64,000 nucleotides of DNA from Owenia fusiformis (lineage: Eukaryota). The notes under the pieces are model-generated. The model ran no database searches. It had not been told where the DNA came from and was given only the letters and a program-made list of their open reading frames with translations. Position 1 is the stretch's first letter, and each line of letters begins with the position of its first letter. The position numbers and the translations under genes are program-made. Shown in pieces: positions 49,373-63,489 of this stretch. The stretch is taken from the NCBI GenBank assembly GCA_903813345.2, contig CAIIXF020000001.1, positions 12,028,001 through 12,092,000 on the forward strand, in the 5' to 3' direction.

Positions 49373-52300
49373 CACAGCATAAACACAGGCAAATTTTATT
49401 TTCATCGTCATGCTCTGACACAGACAGTCAAAGTCTGTTGAATTTTTGATGTTGATGTGTTTATGTTATACAATAAAACTTTTTATTCCATAATAACATG
49501 TTTTCCCTGGGAAATAAACAGGGAATGCAATTGATATTCAAAAAATTCTGTATCAGATCCCTTATCAGGCAAAATCCTGTATCAGTTCTATATCCGGGGA
49601 TTTCTCTTGATTTTTACATTTTATGCTCTATATCCCTCAGTAAATACATTATATCGTATAGATATATTGTATTTCCCTCAGATGTACTCTGTGTCAAAAA
49701 CGGCGCATGAAATAACTTTGATATTTTAAAATGTCATATAGTTCTTTTTCACGCAAAAATCAGATATGGATTTTGTACTAATGACATTATGATTGAATAT
49801 CATGGGATAAAAACCTTCAGGATTAAATATGGATGTATTCCTCGTGACAATATGATATTTCCCCCTGGGCCCTTGGTAAATATCATATTGTTCCTCAGAA
49901 TAAAACCCATATTAAATCCATCCCAGTAAATAACCTCTATATCTTTCCTTAGATACATAATAGACATGGCATTTTTTCAAGTAAGTGATAATGTGAACAT
50001 TGATCTCAAATTAACCATAAAACTGTTTTTAAACATGCAAGAACTCCACACATTAGAATATTTCCTCTTCTATTCTTTGATACTAAGTTACCTATTGAGA
50101 AATTCTTAATGGAAATTTAGTAGCTTTTATCAAGATTGAAGAGTAATTGTGTAAGTGATCATTGAGGGGTTAAAAAGTATCTGCTAATTATATGGTGCTT
50201 TGATCAGCGTATACTTTGCGATAATTATTCATTACTCTTACCTGTACAAATTAAAAGTCAAGTTAAGTCATTTATAAAGATATAATATTTCCTTTACTTT
50301 AATCTGGGCATTTAACACTCAAATCAACATCCAAAGGAATCCTTGATTTTCAATAAGGGATTTGCTTAATATAGCTGAATCAAGCTGAATAGAGGTCAGC
50401 ACTTGTTTTGGTTGGGCCAGACTGCCATAGGCTTCAATGTTAATTAAAACTTGCAATAGTCACTTTATTTCATTATTTATCAAAATGTGTGTGTGGTATC
50501 AGTATTTGGTATCTGAAACAAATTGTTATTACACTTTTGTTATCAAATGGTAAATTTTTTCATGTTTAAGCATTGTTAATTAATTCAGTTAATCAAAACT
50601 ATATCTTAACCCTACTTTAATCTTCAAAAATTCATATTAGGTTCATTTTGAATTACTTTGTGTCAATGAATGGAGGGTTCCGAAGATGTAATACAATGTA
50701 AATTCATTTCTTTAGAGAGTGCTATTGTTTCAGACTGATTGATTCTTATATACTAGTCATGAGAGTTTGCCTTGGATGTGCTTGTTCAACATAATATGTT
50801 TTGTATGAACTGCCAAAAGAACAATTTTTGCAAATTACTGAATTTCCCAGAGGCATATAACATAGCCGTCAGTCTTGTATATTTCATTACCGAATGTTAT
50901 CCTTCTATTTGGAACAATTCACTTGTGATGTCTTTTTAATTAAACTATTTTTAAACTATTGATTTGGTATTGTAATTTACTTCATAGAATTCTATCGTTT
51001 TAGTATGAACATTTTCCCACAGTGTTTTTTGTTTAAATGTCACTTTAGATTGATTGCAGACATATTAGTATTAAACTAGGTTTCTGCTTTTACCATAAGT
51101 CTTCCTGACCAGAATAATAGATGTGTTTTGGAAATGTCTTTCTTTTCACAGAAGTATTGTTATGTTGGGATATGTGATTGTGATTCCAGGTTATTTATAT
51201 AATCCTACATTGTCTTCATTGGAGTATGACTGATAGACTTAGGGAAGGTCTATCCCCATGCCCTTATAAAAGATTGGCCTCAATCTTTGAAAAACTTGAA
51301 TTTTCAGAAAGGAAGGCAAATTTTTTTCTTTTTCTTTGCAAGCTCAAAAAGGGATTTTCTAAAGATATATTCTTTGGTCCCCTTTTCAATTTAATAGGAT
51401 CTAAAAGAGATACTCTCGGAATCTTGACAATCGTGCCTACTGCTGTTTTTAATAAACCCTTCATTATCATTGTTATGCTTAAATCAACAGTAATTACAAC
51501 TGACTCATCATAATTTCATAACCTACTCATACACTGTATTTACAGATAGTAAACAAAAAAGGTTATGTTATTGGACAACCTGTATATCCTCTTACTTTCT
51601 CATATTTTCTTAGTTTGCATGTTGATTGATGGTTCAGCATAATCCTAATCAATTCCATGAGCAATGGCATTTCATTGATATTACACAAATATAAACAATA
51701 TAATACAATATTTATTGTTTATTTTTGATAATGTTTGATTTTATGCTCTTTAATTGTACCACTCATAAAAACAATATTTCCTTTTGTAATTTTCTTTGTT
51801 TTTGTTTTATTGCCATGACATTTACAAAGGTTAAGTGCCAGTAAATAATATTGAGCAATAAAATTTCCGCAAATAATGACTTAACTTTTATTGTCTATTT
51901 CCTTTTTATTACATTTGTTACTAAACTTACAGAATAACGCTGAAAATGTTTCCTTATGACATTTTGTGTATTTTACATCTGTAGGTCTAATTTTGTATAG
52001 AAAACTCTGAGGATTTTTTACGGGAATAGAAAAGCATTTTTCTATTTGTTTCACAATTAGGGATATAAAGAGTTTGATGATTCTAAGCTTACCTTGTACA
52101 TGGTTGAGAACAGCTCCACTCCGCAAGCATCACCATTCAATTTCCTCTTCATGAACAGAACTTATCTGCCGTTCTGAGTCCTAACTCTGATGTATGCCTC
52201 TGAATTAATTGAAACTGATCTTACAAACATTCCGCTATCAGAAATAAGCTCCGCATTACCATACTTCTGATCTCTGTTAATATTTCTAAACTTCCAATCA

Positions 52301-52904
52301 ATGTTTGAATCCTTGCTTTAGAGCCAGCCTGGATGTCGAAATTTATGTCTTGGCTTAATCTGCAGTCTCACCTTTAGTGCTTTATTTTGCTTATTACCCA
52401 TTTACGTGAAAGTTTATAGCCCACTAGCTGTAACAATAGACTCTCTGAGAAGTAATTCAGCAAATATTTCCATGATAGATGTGTATTAGGTAAGGCTAGA
52501 GCCCAGTAATTGTTCTGTCATAATGCTTTATCTCATTGTAGGCCTCACTAAGTTGGTGAGGTGGTTAATCACTGAGATTAGTTATTAATACAAGTAGGTT
52601 GATGTTCTTGTGTTTTATTATTTTCTATTTTTTACTTACTTACATTATTGACTGATGGATATATAATATATTGATATCACTGAGTTGGCTGGTCACTGAG
52701 ATAGTTATTGATAAGAAAGTTGATGTTCTTATTTTTCATTTTTATGTGACCACCACAAGTGGTGACATATTGTTATTAGTCTCCAACTTTTTTTTGTGGA
52801 TGGTGGTTGGTGTTCAGCGTTTGGCAATAAATGCAGTTTTTGGTAACAAATGACAGGTGGTGATATTTTGCATGCTAATGCCTTGTATATTATTTTACAT
52901 AGTA

Positions 52905-53548
52905 CAGGGTGTCCAGAAAGTATGGCCCCCCCCCCTAGGCAGACATATTCCAGTGTCCTCATAGTATGTGTCATATATCATTTTAAAGCTTATCCAAAGT
53001 TACATTGATTTGCCAAGTATCATGGTTTAACTCCCAAATGGGAAAAAGTTACGATCATTTTAAAAGTTAGTGTTTTGTCAAAATAAAGTTCAATTTTACA
53101 CCACATTACTAGTCAATGTGTCCCCCCTTGGCCATGTTAACAGCAGCAATTATTTTCAGATATGTCCTTAAAAGCCCTTCAAATAGGGGTGTGGAATTTT
53201 ATAACCCTCTAAAACCTGTTAAGGGACTTTAGAAGAGTTTCCTTAGAGTTTCTACCCTCAGCATTCTCTTTTTCCAACTCAATATCCCTCCGACCAGAAA
53301 AGAATTGCTGCTTTTAAGATGGCCAGGGAGGACACATTGACTAGTGATTTGGTGTAAAATTGATCTTAATTTTGACCAAAAACTAAATTTTGAAATGCCT
53401 GTAATTTTTTCACATTTGAGAGTTGAACCATGATACTTGGCGAATCAATGTAACTTTGGATAAACATTAAAATGATATATGACACATACTATGACGACAC
53501 TGGTATATGTCTGCCTAGGGGGGGGCCCCATACTTTCGGGACACCCTG
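52905..53548. mobile_element. Tc1/mariner-type MITE with long TIRs, TA TSD (copy 1, empty)
   Basis: TA-CAGGGTGTCC..GGACACCCTG-TA; TIRs longer than 200 bp. Confidence 0.9.
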
Positions 53549-54208
53549 TATATAGAGATTTTTTATTAATATCACTGAGTTGGTGAGTTGGCTATCACTG
53601 AGACAATTATTAACACAAATGGGTTGATGTCGTTGTTTTTCATTTTTCATTTTATATTATATTACATTATATATGGAGATTATGTAGCTGATGTGATAGT
53701 TGATATTCAGTCAGAATACAAAGTCTATAAGTATATCCTCCAGAGGATAAATTGAATATTTTTCATTCCCTGATGGATTTTGATTTCTTGCAACATCACT
53801 TCATTGAATAAAGGGACTAAAATGGATAGAGATACAATGGGTGTAAGAGCCTAAGTTAGTATATAGGTAGATGAATCTCTCTTTAAGGAAGCAAAATCAA
53901 CTATTAGAAAGAGTAGGATAACGACAATTTCGAAAAAATGTCACAATTTTACAATGCTTTTTTGCACTCATCATTCCATGTCATGTCTATTTTCTAAAAA
54001 GTCAGTTTTGAAAAGGGCAGTGGAAAAAGAGGGTATTGTCATTTTTACTTCTAATGAATTTGGAGATTTCTGCATCTTGGATAACTTCTATTGCCAAAGG
54101 GAAAAAAGGGGGTAGGAAATGTCAGTTGTGCTTCCTCTAGTGTGTTCGAGCGTTAACATCAGCTGCCTGTAGTCAGATCGACTAACAAAACAATCTTTTT
54201 TTGGGGTT

Positions 54209-54296
54209 GTCAAGTTGGCCGAGAGGGCTTGAGCGCCGGGACGTTCAGGCTAGGCGATTGGGCGCCGTAACCACGAGGTTGCGAGTTCGAGATGCG
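54209..54296 (+). pseudogene. tRNA-Leu-like degenerate sequence / SINE head
   Basis: GTCAAGTTGGCCGAGAGG (A-box-like), CGTTCAGG, GAGTTCGAGA (B-box-like); no acceptor-stem partner. Confidence 0.5.
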
Positions 54297-55090
54297 TGTG
54301 TTCCTTGTGTTTATTCATTCTATATTTGATCAGATATCTCAATTCCGTTTTCAGTGTTTTTAGAGATTGCTTATAACATTTATACTCTCTATCCCTTCTT
54401 ATTTCTAAATAAGTTGATAACCTGTATTTCGTGAACATCTATGGAGCCACAAAAAAGTGTTCACAGTAAGTAGGTAGGTGTGCACTACAAAGAGGGAATT
54501 TTATACAGGAGTCAATATAAAATATGTTGGAGCTGTGTTTACTAAAGACAGGTACTCACTAGAGAGAGGTATTCACTTAGGTCTTAATACATAACCATGC
54601 TTATATGTCTTCATATAAATAAGGCCAAAATAAATTGATGAATTGGTTTTGTAATATGGCCTTAATGAAGAATTCTACTTGTTCTTATTCTTGATTACTG
54701 GTTTAGCCCCCAAGGCCCTAGTTGTATATGCTATCCCCAACTTACAAGGGATTAAGTTAATGCCAAGTCAAGTTTGGAAATTGATTGATTTCAGAAAATG
54801 TCAAGAATATGACCAAACTTGTTCATCTTTTGGCAGAAGATTAATTGCCTCATCAACTCTGTTGTTATGCTCATCCTCTTCTTCCTAGGGATACACTAAT
54901 AACACTAATGTGTTTTTTTGTATTTTGCTGTACTGTCATATCAACTGCATGTATGAAGTAGTTTGTGGTTCCCTATTTGTTCTCATGTTGTTAAATATTA
55001 TATGAAATAAACCAAATTGATGAAGACACAAAAATGGTCTAAATGTTGCTTGAATTGTTTATTCTGATGGATTAAACAAAAAACAATATA

Positions 55091-55139
55091 AGAGCAATCG
55101 CCTTGTAAACGAGGGTTTGTGGGTCGATCCCCACTGGGG
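55091..55139 (+). pseudogene. tRNA-Thr(TGT)-like fragment / SINE head
   Basis: AGAGCA..CTTGTAAAC..GGGTCGATCCCCACTGGGG; 5' part missing. Confidence 0.45.
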
Positions 55140-55786
55140 TGGACTGACTTTTTCACATCAGCCATTAGCATGAAGGATTTCATTCTGTGTTTTCATTAAT
55201 TAAATAAAAACAGGTCTTCACAAGCACATGTTTTTGGATTTCTGGCAGTCTGAGACTTATATTTATGGATAGCTACCCATAAAAGGATAAATCATTATAC
55301 ACATAATTCATAAATGTAGAAATCAGGCTCATGGCTCATTTACCACAAGTATCCTAAATGTCAGACGGATACTGAAAAATGTCAATAAAAATGACGAAAT
55401 GTCAACATTTACTGATGCCATTATTAACATGATTAATTTCACAGGTCAGAAGAACGAAATGATGGGTCCCTAAATACAGCTCTAATTGAATCTCTCACAT
55501 TTGTGATTATTGAAAATAAGATGAGAATATCGAATGTGATTACACACCTTCAAATTGTATAGTGTAAATTGTCTTTTGTGGCTATAGCAACTGAACCTTT
55601 ATGTTTATGATTATTTTTTCTCTCAATTCTATTCCATCAAATGAAGTTTGGGGGATATAGAGAATGGCACCCTCAATCCGTTTGTCTGTCCATCCATCCA
55701 AACATCTGTCTGTCCGTCTGTCTGAACATCCATCCGGTCAATTACGAAATACAATTGACCTAATGTTTTAATCTGGTGAAGCTTTA

Positions 55787-58700
55787 CAGGGTGTCCCGAA
55801 AGTATGGGGCCCCCCCTAGGCAGACATATTCCAGTGTCGTCATAGTATGTGTCATATATCATTTTAAAGCTTATCCAAAGTTACATTGATTCGCCAAGTA
55901 TCATGGTTTAACTCCCAAATGGGAAAAAGTTACAGTCATTTTAAAAGTTAGTGTTTTCACACGGTAGTATCTCTTCGGGACGTATCGAAACCACTCCGTC
56001 CCGAAAAACCGTTAATTTGAATTTAAAACCTACCCCAGTGTTTGAAAATCAAGGATTGTGAGTCTCACACTTCACCGTTTTTCTTCAAACTTGTTCCGTA
56101 CAAAGCTTCACAGAAATACCTTTCAGTCGATACATTGTGTTCGTGTACAAAGTACCTCGTTTTAGCTGCGTTTTGGTCCTCAGCTGCGAGATAAAGCAAA
56201 TTTTCATAACTTTCAACTGTAAGTCAAGTTATCTCGCCAGTCTTTTACCCATTCTCGCTCATAATTTCAGAATGGACTCCCATTACAACCTTCCATCGCT
56301 ACGTTTTGATTTTTGGGCATCAAACGCAGCAGTTTCTAAATCATCCACACATCTCTTAAAATTTGACTAATACGTCCCGTCACCTTCCACTACGCCCCGC
56401 CGAGTCTATGACTACAAACGTGGAGTTGTATTCTAAAACATTTTGTTCATCGTTGTGTAATTTTACATAGGTTTGCCTTGGTCGATTCTTAACACCAGTC
56501 TTAAGTTTAGCATACATACGGAGTATAACTATAACTGATTGCCTGAAATTGATAATTTAAATGTTTGTGAAGATGTTGCTTTTTTACTTTAATTATATGT
56601 AATTGTCCTGTATTTGATTTTGTGAGGAAACCAAGTGTCTGGTTTGAAACACAATAAAATCTGGAATCTTGTTTTGCTAATGTTCAACATAAATAATTTA
56701 TAAATTATCGGCCGAGGGCAGATTAGAGCGGATCAATCAATGATGTACAAAAAGTAACATGTAAAAGAAAAAATGCTATACTATTGTGATGACTATTGCT
56801 CTCGACAGAAAGCTTCAATTTTCATTGCATCATATTTATTTATTTACCTGTATTTAAACAGAGTGGTTTTAAACATATGCAGTTACTACTTAAATGATAA
56901 TAACACTATTTGCTTAATTCTATGAAGAATGTTTTTATAGTTTTTAATATTCTATCGTCCAGCGCATTCTCTCCGAATTATTGATCTGGACCACTTACGC
57001 TTTTACACCGGTGTAAAAGGGTAGGTGGTCCTCTCAAATTATGGTCCTAGTCTCTATTGATTTATATGGTGACCTAATTACAACTATTTTCCTTATTATT
57101 TATACAGGGCCAGTAAAGGCCGTTGGGAAAGGGGACCATAATCCCCAGAGGACCATAATTTCTTTCACACCGGTGTAAAAGCGTACTCACCTATTTTGAC
57201 AATTCTGTAAACTTTTGTAACGTTAGGTAGCTACATTGAACAAAAAATATAAATTTAAAAAACTCCTACTGCATTGTTGAAATCATTATCCCGGTACATT
57301 TCACTGATTCAATTTTCACTGATTGCACTGGACGAAATTAGTTGAACTCTTCTATGGGAAGGTAGCATACTTCATTTTACCGTCAAGTTAGGTACAGTAG
57401 ACAGCTGAATTTGCTATCTTTATTTAACAAAAAAGTTGATACGTTTCTTCAGGTTCAACAAAGTTATAGGTTAGGGTTGTCCAAATCTGCAAAATTTTCC
57501 AAAAATCTGTCATCTGATAGATTCTAGTTACAAATTGACTCTTGGTACAAATATTTCCACTCTAGACCCCTGGGAAATTTTGCCACGCGTCTCACTTGAA
57601 GTTTTGGTAATTTTGACAAATATGCCGTTTTCATAAATGGTTTATAACTCAAAATTAAACTGTTATATTTCAGGAATATGTATTTTTTCTTCATCATGTA
57701 TGATTTTCAATAACCCTACAGGCACCACTTTTTTAGCTAAATCCATCGGGAAACTTTGCCACGCTTAATTTCAAAATAACGGAGATGTTATCAAAATTGA
57801 GCAATATTGGCACAAAAACGTTTCTAGATTCATATAAAGAATGCATCATCATACAACACTAATTGGTATACATGTATAAACAACATCTACTGACTTGGTC
57901 TGATAATGTAATATAAAGATTTTAACTGTTGTGTGTCAACCTTTCTTCTGTATGATTCCATTGGATTACATTATGAAACGTGTACCATATAAAATGATAC
58001 ATGTTTCTAACGTTATGCTGAAAATAATATAATTGACATCACCCATCCTTTCGCATTTTAACATTTTTTCAAGGATAGGGCACTTTAAACGTTTCTTAAA
58101 AATATTTTCAATTGTTCAGTAATTAAAATCTTTATATTGCAATATCGGGAAATCTAAATTTTAGGGAGATTTTGGACCACCCTATTATAGGTATATTGAA
58201 AATGGACAAGAATGAGCAAATCTTAAAACACAATCCGATTGGTATTTAGAATCGACAATGGCAACCTACAAACGGACACATCGATGGACAAATTTTTTAG
58301 AATGCAACTCTACGTGTATAGTAAGAGACTCGGCGGGGCGTAGTGGAAGATGACGGGACGTATTGGTCAAATTTGAAGAGATGTGTGGATGATTTAGAAA
58401 CTGCTGCGTTTGATGCCCAAAAATCAAGACGTAGCGATGGAAGGTTGTAATGGGAGTCCATTCTGAAATTATGGGCGAGAATGGGTAAAAGACTGGCGAG
58501 ATAACTAGTTGAAAGTTATGAAAATTTGCTTTATCTCACAGCTGGGGACCAAAACGCCGCTAAAACGAGGTACTTTGTACACGAAAACAATGTATCGACT
58601 GAAAGGTATTTCTGTGAAGCTTTGTACGGAACAAGTTTGAAGAAAAACGGTGAAGTGTGAGACTCACAATCCTTGATTTTCAAACACTGGGGTAGGTTTT

Positions 58701-59244
58701 AAATTCAAATTAACGGTTTTTCGGGACGGAGTGGTTTCGATACGTCCCGAAGAGATACTACCGCGTGGTTTTATCAAAATAAAGTTCAATTTTACACCAC
58801 ATTACGAGTTAATGAGTCCCCGCTTGGACATGTAAGCAGCATCAATTATTTTCAAATATGACCTTAAAAGCCCTTCAAATAGGGGTGTGGAATTTTATAA
58901 CCCTCTTAAAACCTGCCAAGGCACTTTAGAAGAGTTTCCCTTGAGTTTCTATCCTCATCGTTCTCTTTTTCCAACTCAATATCCATCCGACCCGAAAAGA
59001 ATTGCTGCTTTTAAGATGGCCCAGGAGGACACATTGACTAGTGATTTGATGTAAAATTGAACTGAATTTTGACCAAACACTAAATTTTGAAATGCCTGTA
59101 ATTTTTTCACATTTGAGAGTTGAACCATGATACTTGGTGAATCAATGTAACTTTGGATAAGCTTTAAAATGATATATGACACATACTATGACGACACTGG
59201 TATATGTCTGCCTAGGGGGGGCCCCATACTTTCGGGACACCCTG
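55787..59244. mobile_element. Tc1/mariner-type MITE copy 2, split by a 2.8-kb insertion
   Basis: Same sequence as 52905-53548 once 55958-58772 is removed; TA flanks. Confidence 0.9.
55958..58767. mobile_element. Non-autonomous long-TIR element, CAC..GTG ends, 5-bp TSD (Transib-like)
   Basis: Near-identical inverted arms of about 480 bp; GTTTT duplicated, and single GTTTT at the empty site near 53072; no coding ORF. Confidence 0.88.
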
Positions 59245-60879
59245 TATAAAGCTATTAAAGAAGATGCTATATAACATTTGTACCCTGAATCCCCATAGCA
59301 GTAATCCAACTTCCCTCTGGCTGTAGGTGTTTCAATTTTTTTCTGATAAAGCTTCGTATTATATGATCTATGATTGCTAAGGCACACCACAAAGACTTCA
59401 GCCAAAGCAGGCATTATTTGCCTAATCCCCTCATAGGCGTAGCCAGGGGGTCCAACCAAAAAATATAACCATTAGATAGAGGAAAATAAGAGCTTAAAAT
59501 GCTCTATTTCAATTTTGAAGGAAGTTGCATCAATTTTTGTAAAATTCAAAACAAATCTTTCAAAAAAAATTTGTGATCTGAAAGCTGACATAAAGCTGAC
59601 TATGCCCCTGCCCCTGATGATGATATCTTACAGTTCATAGGTTGAATGGTCTTAATAATCTTAACAATATTAAAATAGTTTTCATGGCATTCTATGGTTT
59701 GAATGTTACTGAATTGTTATTTGCTTACATTCAATAGAAGTATTGTGATTTTGACTATACTTCTGAATTGAAATTGGCTAAATCAAGTAAAGTATAACAA
59801 AGAAGAGGATATGAATTGATTCCTGTAGGTGAATCTCTTATTTAAGAGTGCGGGGAAAGCTGTTTTCTTGTAAAGGGTAGAACTATTCATGATTGGAGCA
59901 GGTGAAACAAATTAGACTTTTTCACAACCATCACCTTGCCAATAATTGCAAATAAGCTAACTGCTCCATCACATCATGATAAACCATGGCATCTCATTTC
60001 TTCTCATCCCTTCAGGTGAAACAGAAAGATGCTATGAGTATCAGAATGGCTCCATCATGATAACCACGTCCCCTTTGTCTTTATCCTCTAAACAGCAGAA
60101 AAGGGGGTCTGGTATACCAAAATGTAGTTCAGCCTGGGTAATGAAGTCAGATTCAAGACAGATAATGATCAAATACCATCAAGGATATTTAAAGAACACA
60201 AAGGGCAAAATTTGAATAAACCCAAAGTATATTTTATTTTTATATACATGTAGTCCCTAACCTAAAGATTTCATTCCTTTGATATTTTGATCAATAGAGC
60301 AAGCCACAAGCCATGTACTTGTCTCACTTTTCACTTGTAATTCTTCCCTATTATACTATTAATTGCAGTACAAATAACCTAAACAATTTGATCAACGTAA
60401 CTCAGATAAATCGGCATGAAGGCTTCATGGTATTTGTTTATATCCATTATTTAGTTATTTACTTATACAATTAAGCAGGATTAACTGACATAAAACACAA
60501 ATAGATGAACAGCTTTAAATGGGAAAAGTATTTATCTAGGAAAATTAGTACTATAAGGTCAATAAATGAGCATGAGGAAACATAAAAAACTAACAGAGCA
60601 AAATCACTCTCCTATACCTAACCCCTAGAAATGCATAAGATATTCTGTTTGTCTAATTGTTTTGTTTAGTATATTTTTGAAAGTACCTTATTAACATCTA
60701 ACAGTCATATAATAAACCATTAATAAGGAACAGACACATAAAAACAAATAACATAATCATTACTCATAAGGCAAATGGGTTGCTCATGAACACCTAATGC
60801 AAGGTATAGTATACAAGCATAGCTTCTAAAGCCAGGATAGCACACAGCCCCTCAACAAAAATATTTCAGAATGATTCTT

Positions 60880-61177
60880 AAAAGGGAGTTTCATCTTCAC
60901 TCTCCATTTACAATAAATGTCTGAACTCACCAAGCTAATTAGATTTCATCGTCGAAGTATAGACAACTTTCCACATGTGGTCATTTCCTCTGACCTAATC
61001 CAATAGTTAATGAACACGCATTTATAGCACTTGTTCTTTCCAGCTTGCTATATTGCTTGAGAAAAGGCCAGCGCGGTAGGTTTGAAATGATTTAAGACTC
61101 ACACTGTCACCGGTACCAGTAGTGGGGGTGGGACTGTTAAACAGAGGGTAGTTTATAACTAGACTGCGTGCAGGATA
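60880..61177 (-). mobile_element. Old diverged relative of the 6031-6397 family (left boundary approximate)
   Basis: Shares TTCATCTTCACTCT, ACTGTCACCGGTACC and TAACTAGACT..CAGG.TA. Confidence 0.5.
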
Positions 61178-62384
61178 GGAAATTGTAAAATGAATCAAAC
61201 ACAACCTCAATATCACGCTAGACTTGAGGCAGTTTTGAATAAATGTATTGTTGGAATTTATCAATTTTTCCTGTAGGTTAAGCCAGTCTGCTAATATAAT
61301 TACCTTTCTTTTAGCACCTCCCCAAGGATGAAGTCATTTCCTGAATACACAAATAACTGTAATGCATATGGATTCAAACTTTTATCAATGTTAAGGATTC
61401 AGGTTCTGTATTACAGTATTTCATTTCAATAATTTAGTATTTTATTTTGTTGACACAAATAACTCTAATGAACATGGATTCAAAATTATATCTATTTTGT
61501 CTTAATTGTTAAAACTGAATGGTTCAGGTTCTGTTCTATTTCATCTTCAACTAATGTTCAGATATTTTTACTTATGTCATAACAAGATGGAGGGATTCTC
61601 AAGGTTGGATTAAAATATGTTAATTTTGTGGTTACGGTTATGCATGCATTTTCTTTTGTATTCTCTTTCAATTTGCTTTTAATTTGTCTATTGTTATTTG
61701 GGATTAAGAGGAGACACCTGTCTGGATGATAATTTATTAAATACTTTTTGGATTTGACTCATTTTAGAGACTAATGTCTTTTGGGCAAAAAACCTATACA
61801 TGTTATTTCACGATGCAGTGACAGATTTCAACTTACCACTTTTGGTCAGCAAATAAAATTAACAGTTGTTTTATAATTTTTGTCTTAAAAATTTGGTAGC
61901 ACTTTTTTTGATAAAAAGCACACCGATTTTTGACTATGAGTTTCTCTCAGAATATATACTTAAAATTTGATTTGTTGATCACAGTTGTATGTTGGAAGCT
62001 ACCTCAATGCTTTACACAAGACAAAAATACAAGCTCAATTTAAAAGGCTGTCATATTTGTTAGCTATGTATTGAATGCCTCAAAAATATTCTTATTTATG
62101 TAACGTCCTTTTGGCTAGATAGAGCATTGCCTCCAATAGTTCAAGCCCTGATCCATTGATTTATTATGTGATACAAAGCTATGTTGTTTAAGATGTTTGA
62201 TTATAGTTGATATATCAGTATAATAGCAGATATAAGAAGCTTGAATTCTTAATCAAGCTAATTTAAAGATATAGAGGATGTTATCATTTGTTGTGATTTG
62301 TGCAGATCCTGATTGATTGTTATGTCATAGTGAGCTGATTAGAGATAATGTTCTATCTCTAATTACTTATCAGATGTTCGGTAT

Positions 62385-62955
62385 AAGAAAATGTAGTACT
62401 AGAGAAGAAAGCAATAGAGGAGGTAGAACTAGATGAGGTAGAACTAGAGAATGTAGCACTATAGAAGGTAGCACTATAGAAGGAATCACTAGAGAAGAAA
62501 GTAATAGAGAAGGTAACATTAGAGAAGGTAGCACTAAAGAAGAAAGCAATAAAGAAGGTAAAACTGTGAAAGGTATGACTAAGCACTATAGAAGGTATCA
62601 CTTAAGAAGGTAGCACTAGAGAAGAAAGCAATAGAGAAGGTAGAACTGTGAAAGGTATGACTAAGCACTATAGAAGGTATCACTTAAGAAGGTAGCACTA
62701 GAGAAGAAAGCAATAGAGAAGGTAGAACTGTGAAAGGTATGACTAAGCACTATAGAAGGTATCACTTAAGAAGGTAGCACTAGAGAAGAAAGCAATAGAG
62801 AAAGTAGAACTTTGAAAGGTATGACTAAGCACTATAGAAGGTATCACTTAAGAAGGTAGCACTAGAGAAGAAAGCAATAGAGAAGGTAGAACTGTGAAAG
62901 GTAGCACTAGAGAAGGAAGCACTAGAAAAGGTAGCACTAGAGAAGGTAGAACTTG
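62385..62955 (+). repeat. Minisatellite: 15-bp monomers with four 82-bp higher-order units
   Basis: Monomer about AGAGAAGGTAGCACT; GGTATGACT recurs at 62572, 62654, 62736 and 62818. Confidence 0.9.
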
Positions 62956-63489
62956 AAATGTAGTATGAGAAGCTAGCACTCAAGGATCTCAGTAGATTAT
63001 CCTATCAATCATGATATTTACATGCTTTTGGCAAGTATCAATCTATATAATCAATCTTAAACTGCCTGTGAAAATTTGGAATCATTAAATGCTATCTCTC
63101 TGTAGATCCTTTTGTTTATTCCGCAGAATCCTATTCTTAAAACTTTTGGAACTGGAACAATTTATTTGACATACTGAATAAGATATTTTTATTTTACTTT
63201 TAAATGATGACAAGATTAAGTATAATGAATCAGTGTTGATAAATAAGCTTAAAATCCCTATAGATATGAGGGTTGATCCAAAAGTTCAGAACATTGCTCA
63301 GAGGTTGCCATGATGGCAGTCTTTATAACAAAAGGTCACAGGTTAAACAATAACAAATTTATATTTGAATGCATTCTTCATAAAAATACAAGTACTTTTT
63401 TATACTGTTTATGGATATACGTACATTAGTCTACATGTACATTTACTAATATACTGGAATGGCAGTGCTTATAAAGATGACATAAAAAA

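Noticed and set aside
51226-51513. Overlapping 95-aa and 68-aa ORFs
   Set aside because: No recognisable domain, and no convincing splice or start context
54209-54296. Functional tRNA gene
   Set aside because: The cloverleaf cannot be closed: no acceptor-stem partner, and the middle is too long
62359-62955. CRISPR-like array, and the 80-aa Ser/Phe-rich ORF
   Set aside because: Units are contiguous with no unique spacers, there are no cas genes and the context is eukaryotic; the ORF is a by-product of the repeat
63365-63489. N-terminal part of the 131-aa ORF as a host gene
   Set aside because: TTG start in AT-rich flank; only the downstream CCHC part resembles a retroelement protein
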